From assembly GCF_009914755.1 (NCBI RefSeq), contig NC_060946.1: a stretch of DNA of 64,000 nt. The stretch is one strand, 5' to 3'. The translations under genes and the position numbers were made by a program. Source of the stretch: the human T2T-CHM13v2.0 reference genome, Homo sapiens. Under the pieces are notes generated by a model that saw nothing but the letters and a program-made list of their open reading frames with translations, had not been told where the DNA came from and did no database searches. Of this stretch, positions 55,401 through 64,000 are shown in pieces (the first letter of the stretch is position 1; each line of letters starts with the position of its first letter).

Positions 55401-58400
55401 TGAGGTTAATGCCCACGTCAGAATGAAGTTTCTCAGAATTCTCCTGTCTAGTTTCTATGTGAAGATATTTACTATTTCACTATAGGCTTCAAAGGTCTCA
55501 AAAATATCCCTTTGCAGATTCTACAAAAATATGGTTTCCACAGTGCTGAATTAAAAGAAACCTTCAACTCTGTCAGATGAATGGAGACATCACAAAGAAG
55601 TTCCTCGGAATGCTTCTGTCTAGTTTAAATGTGAAGATATTTCTCTTTCACCACAGACCTCAAATGGCTCAGAAATATGCCTTTGCAGATTGCAGAAAAA
55701 GACTGTCTCTAAACTGCTCAAATAAAATAAAGTTTCAACACTGTGAGATGAATGCACACATCACAAAGAAGTTTCTCAGAAAGCTTCTGTCTAGTTTTTA
55801 TGTGAAGATATTTCCTTTTTCAGCGTAGTCCTTACACCGCTCACAAATATCCTTCTGCAGATACTAGAAAAAGACTGTTTCCAAACTGCTCCATCAAAAG
55901 AAAATTTCACCTACCTGAGATGAATGCACCCATCATAAAGAAGTTTCTCAGAATTCTTCTGTCTAGATTTTATGTGAAGATATTTCCATTTTCACCTTAG
56001 GCCACAAAGCTCTCCACACATCCCTTTGCAGATGATACGAAAAGACTGTTTCCAAACTGCTCAATCAAAAGAAATTTTCAACTCTGTGAGATGAAAGCAA
56101 CCATCACAAAAAAGTTTCTCAGAAATCTCCTGTCTAGTTTTTATGACAAGATAATTCCTATTTTGCCATAGGAATCAAGGGGCTCACAAATATCCCTTTG
56201 CAGATTCTACAAAAGTTGTGTTTACAAACCTCTCAATCAAAAGAAACGTTCAACATTGTGAGATGAATGAACACATCACAAAGAAGTTTCTCAGAATGCT
56301 TCTGTCTGGTTACTCTGTGAAGATATTTCTTTTTTCACCACAGTCTTAAAGCCACTCAAAAATATCTGTCTGCAGACCCTACAAAAAGACTGTTTCCAAA
56401 CTGGCCCATATAGCATGTTTCAACTATGTGAAATGAATGCACTCATCAAAGAGAAGTTTCTCAGAATTCTTCTGTCTAGTTTTTATGTGAAGATATTTCC
56501 TTCTTCACCGTAGGCCGCAAATTGCTCCAAATATCCATTTGCGGATTCTACAGAAAGAATGTTTCCAAACTGGTCAATCAACAGAAAGGCTCAACTCTGT
56601 GAGACGAAAGCACACATCACAAAGAAGTTTCTCAGAAAGCTTCTGTCTACATTTTATGTGAAGGTATTTCCTTTGGCACCGTAGGCCTTAAACCACTCAC
56701 AAACATAACTCCGCTTATACTACCAAGAGACTTTCTCCAAATCGCTAAATCAAAAGAAACGTTCAACTCTGTGAGATGAATACACACATCAAAAAGAAGT
56801 TTCTCAAAATGCTTCTGTCTAGTTTTCATGTGAAGATATTTATTTTTCACCATTGACCCCAAACGGCTCAGATATATCCCTTTGCAGTTTGTAGGAAAAG
56901 AATGTTTCCAAACTGCTCAATGAAAAGAAATGGTCAACTATTAGAGATGAATGGAAATGTCACAAAGAGTTTTCTCAAAAAGCTACTGTGTCGTTTTTAT
57001 GTGAAGACGTTTCCATTTTCACTCTAGGCCTTAAAACTCTCTAAATATGCATTCACAGATTCTACAAAAAGACTGATTCCAAACTGCTCAATCAGAAGAA
57101 AGGTTCAATTCCGTGTGACAAACGTGCACATCAGAAAGAAATTTGTCAGAAACCTTCTGTCTACTTTTTACGTGAAGATATTTCATATTTCAACAAAGGC
57201 CATAAAGGGCTCACAAATATCCCTTTGCAGATTCTAAGAAAAGACATTTTCCAAACTCCTCAATCAAAAGAAAGGTTTCACTCTGTGCGATGAATGGACA
57301 CATCACAAAGAAGTTTCTCAGAAAGCTTCTGTCTACTTTTTATGTGAGGCTATTTCTTGTTCACCATAGGCCTCAAGCAGCTAAGAAATTTCCCTCTGCA
57401 GCTTCTACAAAAGACTGGTTCCAAACTGCTCAACTGAAAGGAAGGTTGAATTCTGTGACATGAATTCACACATCACAAAGAGGTTTTTCAGAAATCTTCT
57501 GTCTAGTTTTTATGTGAAGATACTTCCTTTTTCACCAAGGGCCTCAAATATCTCCAAATATCCATTTGCAGATTCTACAGAAAGACTTCCCAAACTGCTC
57601 AATCAAAAGAAAGGTTCAACACAGTGAGATGAAGGCACACATCACAAAGAAGTTTCTCAGAAATCTCCTGTCTAGTTTTTATTTGAAGATATTTCGTATT
57701 TCACCAAAGACCACAAGGGGCTCACAAATATCCCTTTGCAGGTTCCACAAAAAGACTGTTTCCAAACTGCTCAATCAAAAGAAAGGTTCAACTCTGTGAC
57801 GTGAATGGACTCATCGCAGAAAATTTCTTGGAATGATTCCGTCTAGTTTTTATGGGAAGATGTTTCTCTTTCACCATAAGCCTCAAACGGATCAGAATTC
57901 TCCCTTTGCAGTTTGTACAATAAGCCTCTTTCCAATCTGCTCAATCAAAAGAAAGTTTCAACTCTGTGAGGTGAATGCACACATCACAAGGGAGTTTCTC
58001 AGAAAGCTTCTGTTTAGTTTTTACGTGAAGATGTTTCGTTTTTCAACATGGGCCTCAGGATCTCTCCAAATATCCATTTGCAGATTCTAGAAAAAGAGTG
58101 TTTCCAAACTCCTCAATCAAAAGAAAGTTTCAATTCCGTGAGATGAAAGCACACATCACAACGAAGTTTCTTAGAAAGCTTCTGTCTAGTTTTTATGTGA
58201 AGATACTTCACAGTGCATCATAGTACTCAATGGGCTCAGAAATATCCCTTGGCAGATTCTACAAAAGGACTGTTTCAAAACTGCTCAATCCAAAGAAAGT
58301 TTCAACTATGTGAGATGAATGCACACATCACAAAGAAGTTCCTCAGAATGCTTCTGTCTAGTTTATATGTGAAGAAGATTCCTATTTCACCATAGGCAAT

Positions 58401-61400
58401 AAAGGGCTCGCAAATATTTTTTGCAGATTCTACAAAAAGACTGTATCCAAACTGCTCAATAAAAAGAAAGTTTTAACTCTGTTAGATTAATGGACACATC
58501 GAAAGGTAGTTTCTCAGAAATCTTCTGTTTAGTTTTTATGGGAAGATATTTCCTTTGTCACCATTGGCCTCAAAGCACTCCTAATATCCATTTACAGATT
58601 TCACAAAAAGAGTGTTTCCAAACAGCTCAATCAAAAGAAAGTGTTTAACTCTGTGAGGTGAAAGCACACATCTCCAAGAAGTTTCTCAGAAAGCTTCGGT
58701 CTACTTTTCATGTGAAGATATTTCCAGTTTCAACGTAGGCCTCAAAGGGCTAAGAAATATCCCTTTCCAGATTCTAAAAGACGACCGTTTCCATACTTCT
58801 CAATCCAAAGAAAGGTTAAATTCTCTGAGGTTAATGCCCACGTCAGAATGAAGTTTCTCAGAATTCTCCTGTCTAGTTTCTATGTGAAGATATTTACTAT
58901 TTCACTATAGGCTTCAAAGGTCTCAAAAATATCCCTTTGCAGATTCTACAAAAATATGGTTTCCACAGTGCTGAATTAAAAGAAACCTTCAACTCTGTCA
59001 GATGAATGGAGACATCACAAAGAAGTTCCTCGGAATGCTTCTGTCTAGTTTAAATGTGAAGATATTTCTCTTTCACCACAGACCTCAAATGGCTCAGAAA
59101 TATGCCTTTGCAGATTGCAGAAAAAGACTGTCTCTAAACTGCTCAAATAAAATAAAGTTTCAACACTGTGAGATGAATGCACACATCACAAAGAAGTTTC
59201 TCAGAAAGCTTCTGTCTAGTTTTTATGTGAAGATATTTCCTTTTTCAGCATAGTCCTTACACCGCTCACAAATATCCTTCTGCAGATACTAGAAAAAGAC
59301 TGTTTCCAAACTGCTCCATCAAAAGAAAATTTCACCTACCTGAGATGAATGCACCCATCATAAAGAAGTTTCTCAGAATTCTTCTGTCTAGATTTTATGT
59401 GAAGATATTTCCATTTTCACCTTAGGCCACAAAGCGCTCCACACATCCCTTTGCAGATGATACGAAAAGACTGTTTCCAAACTGCTCAATCAAAAGAAAT
59501 TTTCAACTCTGTGAGATGAAAGCAACCATCACAAAAAAGTTTCTCAGAAATCTCCTGTCTAGTTTTTATGACAAGATAATTCCTATTTTGCCATAGGAAT
59601 CAAGGGGCTCACAAATATCCCTTTGCAGATTCTACAAAAGTTCTGTTTACAAACCTCTCAATCAAAAGAAACGTTCAACATTGTGAGATGAATGAACACA
59701 TCACAAAGAAGTTTCTCAGAATGCTTCTGTCTGGTTACTCTGTGAAGATATTTCTTTTTTCACCACAGTCTTTAAGCCACTCAAAAATATCTGTCTGCAG
59801 ACCCTACAAAAAGACTGTTTCCAAACTGGCCCATATAGCATGTTTCAACTATGTGAAATGAATGCACTCATCAAAGAGAAGTTTCTCAGAATTCTTCTGT
59901 CTAGTTTTTATGTGAAGATATTTCCTTCTTCACCGTAGGCCGCAAATTGCTCCAAATATCCATTTGCGGATTCTACAGAAAGAATGTTTCCAAACTGGTC
60001 AATCAACAGAAAGGCTCAACTCTGTGAGACGAAAGCACACATCACAAAGAAGTTTCTCAGAAAGCTTCTGTCTACATTTTATGTGAAGGTATTTCCCTTG
60101 GCACCGTAGGCCTTAAACCACTCACAAACATAACTCCGCTTATACTACCAAGAGACTTTCTCCAAATCGCTAAATCAAAAGAAACGTTCAACTCTGTGAG
60201 ATGAATACACACATCAAAAAGAAGTTTCTCAAAATGCTTCTGTCTAGTTTTCATGTGAAGATGTTTATTTTTCACCATTGACCCCAAACGGCTCAGATAT
60301 ATCCCTTTGCAGTTTGTAGGAAAAGAATGTTTCCAAACTGCTCAATGAAAAGAAATGGTCAACTATTAGAGATGAATGGAAATGTCACAAAGAGTTTTCT
60401 CAAAAAGCTACTGTGTCGTTTTTATGTGAAGACGTTTCCATTTTCACTCTAGGCCTTAAAACTCTCTAAATATGCATTCACAGATTCTACAAAAAGACTG
60501 ATTCCAAACTGCTCAATCAGAAGAAAGGTTCAATTCCGTGTGACAAACGTGCACATCAGAAAGAAATTTGTCAGAAACCTTCTGTCTACTTTTTACGTGA
60601 AGATATTTCATATTTCAACAAAGGCCATAAAGGGCTCACAAATATCCCTTTGCAGATTCTAAGAAAAGACATTTTCCAAACTCCTCAATCAAAAGAAAGG
60701 TTTCACTCTGTGCGATGAATGGACACATCACAAAGAAGTTTCTCAGAAAGCTTCTGTCTACTTTTTATGTGAGGCTATTTCTTGTTCACCATAGGCCTCA
60801 AGCAGCTAAGAAATTTCCCTCTGCAGCTTCTACAAAAGACTGGTTCCAAACTGCTCAACTGAAAGGAAGGTTGAATTCTGTGACATGAATTCACACATCA
60901 CAAAGAGGTTTTTCAGAAATCTTCTGTCTAGTTTTTATGTGAAGATACTTCCTTTTTCACCAAGGGCCTCAAATATCTCCAAATATCCATTTGCAGATTC
61001 TACAGAAAGACTTCCCAAACTGCTCAATCAAAAGAAAGGTTCAACACAGTGAGATGAAGGCACACATCACAAAGAAGTTTCTCAGAAATCTCCTGTCTAG
61101 TTTTTATTTGAAGATATTTCGTATTTCACCAAAGACCACAAGGGGCTCACAAATATCCCTTTGCAGGTTCCACAAAAAGACTGTTTCCAAACTGCTCAAT
61201 CAAAAGAAAGGTTCAACTCTGTGACGTGAATGGACTCATCGCAGAAAATTTCTTGGAATGATTCCGTCTAGTTTTTATGGGAAGATGTTTCTCTTTCACC
61301 ATAAGCCTCAAACGGATCAGAATTCTCCCTTTGCAGTTTGTACAATAAGCCTCTTTCCAATCTGCTCAATCAAAAGAAAGTTTCAACTCTGTGAGGTGAA

Positions 61401-63324
61401 TGCACACATCACAAGGGAGTTTCTCAGAAAGCTTCTGTTTAGTTTTTACGTGAAGATGTTTCGTTTTTCAACATGGGCCTCAGGATCTCTCCAAATATCC
61501 ATTTGCAGATTCTAGAAAAAGAGTGTTTCCAAACTCCTCAATCAAAAGAAAGTTTCAATTCCGTGAGATGAAAGCACACATCACAACGAAGTTTCTTAGA
61601 AAGCTTCTGTCTAGTTTTTATGTGAAGATACTTCACAGTGCATCATAGTACTCAATGGGCTCAGAAATATCCCTTGGCAGATTCTACAAAAGGACTGTTT
61701 CAAAACTGCTCAATCCAAAGAAAGTTTCAACTATGTGAGATGAATGCACACATCACAAAGAAGTTCCTCAGAATGCTTCTGTCTAGTTTATATGTGAAGA
61801 AGATTCCTATTTCACCATAGGCAATAAAGGGCTCGCAAATATTTTTTGCAGATTCTACAAAAAGACTGTATCCAAACTGCTCAATAAAAAGAAAGTTTTA
61901 ACTCTGTTAGATTAATGGACACATCGAAAGGTAGTTTCTCAGAAATCTTCTGTTTAGTTTTTATGGGAAGATATTTCCTTTGTCACCATTGGCCTCAAAG
62001 CACTCCTAATATCCATTTACAGATTTCACAAAAAGAGTGTTTCCAAACAGCTCAATCAAAAGAAAGTGTTTAACTCTGTGAGGTGAAAGCACACATCTCC
62101 AAGAAGTTTCTCAGAAAGCTTCGGTCTACTTTTCATGTGAAGATATTTCCAGTTTCAACGTAGGCCTCAAAGGGCTAAGAAATATCCCTTTCCAGATTCT
62201 AAAAGACGACCGTTTCCATACTTCTCAATCCAAAGAAAGGTTAAATTCTCTGAGGTTAATGCCCACGTCAGAATGAAGTTTCTCAGAATTCTCCTGTCTA
62301 GTTTCTATGTGAAGATATTTACTATTTCACTATAGGCTTCAAAGGTCTCAAAAATATCCCTTTGCAGATTCTACAAAAATATGGTTTCCACAGTGCTGAA
62401 TTAAAAGAAACCTTCAACTCTGTCAGATGAATGGAGACATCACAAAGAAGTTCCTCGGAATGCTTCTGTCTAGTTTAAATGTGAAGATATTTCTCTTTCA
62501 CCACAGACCTCAAATGGCTCAGAAATATGCCTTTGCAGATTGCAGAAAAAGACTGTCTCTAAACTGCTCAAATAAAATAAAGTTTCAACACTGTGAGATG
62601 AATGCACACATCACAAAGAAGTTTCTCAGAAAGCTTCTGTCTAGTTTTTATGTGAAGATATTTCCTTTTTCAGCATAGTCCTTACACCGCTCACAAATAT
62701 CCTTCTGCAGATACTAGAAAAAGACTGTTTCCAAACTGCTCCATCAAAAGAAAATTTCACCTACCTGAGATGAATGCACCCATCATAAAGAAGTTTCTCA
62801 GAATTCTTCTGTCTAGATTTTATGTGAAGATATTTCCATTTTCACCTTAGGCCACAAAGCGCTCCACACATCCCTTTGCAGATGATACGAAAAGACTGTT
62901 TCCAAACTGCTCAATCAAAAGAAATTTTCAACTCTGTGAGATGAAAGCAACCATCACAAAAAAGTTTCTCAGAAATCTCCTGTCTAGTTTTTATGACAAG
63001 ATAATTCCTATTTTGCCATAGGAATCAAGGGGCTCACAAATATCCCTTTGCAGATTCTACAAAAGTTCTGTTTACAAACCTCTCAATCAAAAGAAACGTT
63101 CAACATTGTGAGATGAATGAACACATCACAAAGAAGTTTCTCAGAATGCTTCTGTCTGGTTACTCTGTGAAGATATTTCTTTTTTCACCACAGTCTTTAA
63201 GCCACTCAAAAATATCTGTCTGCAGACCCTACAAAAAGACTGTTTCCAAACTGGCCCATATAGCATGTTTCAACTATGTGAAATGAATGCACTCATCAAA
63301 GAGAAGTTTCTCAGAATTCTTCTG
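52424..63324. repeat. Copy 2 of the ~11-kb multi-HOR block
   Basis: It carries the same variant series as 35.3-46.2 kb. I saw one private SNV (ataatcctc, ~54455). Confidence 0.85.
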
Positions 63325-64000
63325 TCTAGTTTTTATGTGAAGATATTTCCTTCTTCACCGTAGGCCGCAAATTGCTCCAAATATCCATTTGCGGATTCTA
63401 CAGAAAGAATGTTTCCAAACTGGTCAATCAACAGAAAGGCTCAACTCTGTGAGACGAAAGCACACATCACAAAGAAGTTTCTCAGAAAGCTTCTGTCTAC
63501 ATTTTATGTGAAGGTATTTCCCTTGGCACCGTAGGCCTTAAACCACTCACAAACATAACTCCGCTTATACTACCAAGAGACTTTCTCCAAATCGCTAAAT
63601 CAAAAGAAACGTTCAACTCTGTGAGATGAATACACACATCAAAAAGAAGTTTCTCAAAATGCTTCTGTCTAGTTTTCATGTGAAGATGTTTATTTTTCAC
63701 CATTGACCCCAAACGGCTCAGATATATCCCTTTGCAGTTTGTAGGAAAAGAATGTTTCCAAACTGCTCAATGAAAAGAAATGGTCAACTATTAGAGATGA
63801 ATGGAAATGTCACAAAGAGTTTTCTCAAAAAGCTACTGTGTCGTTTTTATGTGAAGACGTTTCCTTTTTCACTCTAGGCCTTAAAATTCTCTAAATATAC
63901 ATTCACAGATTCTACAAAAAGACTGATTCCAAACTGCTCAATCAGAAGAAAGGTTCAATTCCGTGTGACAAACGTGCACATCACAAAGAAATTTGTCAGA

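Larger units (their letters stand above)
29100..63800 (-). repeat. Homogeneous (young) expansion of a variant B sub-haplotype, ~10 copies, period 3425 (3424 twice)
   Basis: Shared derived alleles include cattgacccc, ttttatttgaag, caccaaagaccacaagg, ggttccaca, ggactcatcg, tttatgacaag, aagcaaccatc and agaccctac. ORFs recur at 30435, 33860, 37284, 40709, 44134, 47559, 50984, 54408, 57833 and 61258. Confidence 0.93.
1..64000 (-). repeat. Alpha-satellite array, ~171-bp monomers in a 20-mer HOR (~3.43 kb), single orientation
   Basis: Alphoid motifs recur every ~171 bp (catcacaaagaagtttctcagaa, tgtgaagatatttcc, aaatatcc..tgcagattctaca, ccaaactgctcaatcaaaagaaa). I counted 20 distinct box regions per unit. 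The arbitrary marker cctcaaatatctcc starts at 1, 3428, 6855, 10282, 13709, 17132, 20556, 23295, 26719, 30144, 33569, 36993, 40418, 43843, 47268, 50693, 54117, 57542, 60967. Confidence 0.99.

Noticed and set aside
292-63712. All 60-89 aa ORFs in the supplied track
   Set aside because: They are chance open frames in alpha satellite. They recur with the HOR period, overlap in several frames, translate the monomer itself and are broken at random by SNVs. I used them only as positional markers.
1-64000. CRISPR-like array or prokaryotic system
   Set aside because: There are no unique spacers and no cas genes. The entire monomer is homologous from repeat to repeat.
1-64000. L1/Alu insertion or inversion
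   Set aside because: All unit spacings are explained by 3427/3425, 1-bp indels and one 686-bp deletion. I saw no poly-A tail, foreign sequence or strand switch.
1-64000. Assignment to a named HOR, chromosome or species
   Set aside because: Several CENP-B-free ~20-mer HORs exist in humans and apes, and they cannot be told apart without a database search.

Overview
The whole 64 kb is primate alpha-satellite DNA: about 374 head-to-tail ~171-bp monomers, all in one orientation (reverse complement of the conventional CATTCTCAGAAAC... consensus). They form a 20-monomer higher-order repeat (HOR) of ~3.43 kb, with 18 complete units plus a partial one. I saw no genes, transposons, inversions or CENP-B boxes. 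All 20 monomers carry A-type (pJalpha-like) boxes, which fits an old, probably inactive SF4/SF6-type pericentromeric HOR; the exact HOR, chromosome and species cannot be fixed without a search. The array is layered. (1) 1-14.6 kb: a very homogeneous 3427-bp sister variant 'A'. (2) A sharp in-register switch at 14586-14612 to a 3425-bp variant 'B', about 6% diverged in the one 258-bp stretch counted. (3) 14.6-29 kb: a heterogeneous older B layer that includes a 16-mer with a 686-bp deletion at a 39-bp inter-monomer identity. (4) 29-64 kb: a homogeneous young B expansion built from nested duplications, including a ~11-kb block repeated at a 17,124-bp (5-HOR) offset, with a return to old alleles at the right edge. 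All listed ORFs are repeat artefacts. I found no new coding system; the interest lies in the recombination and turnover record.
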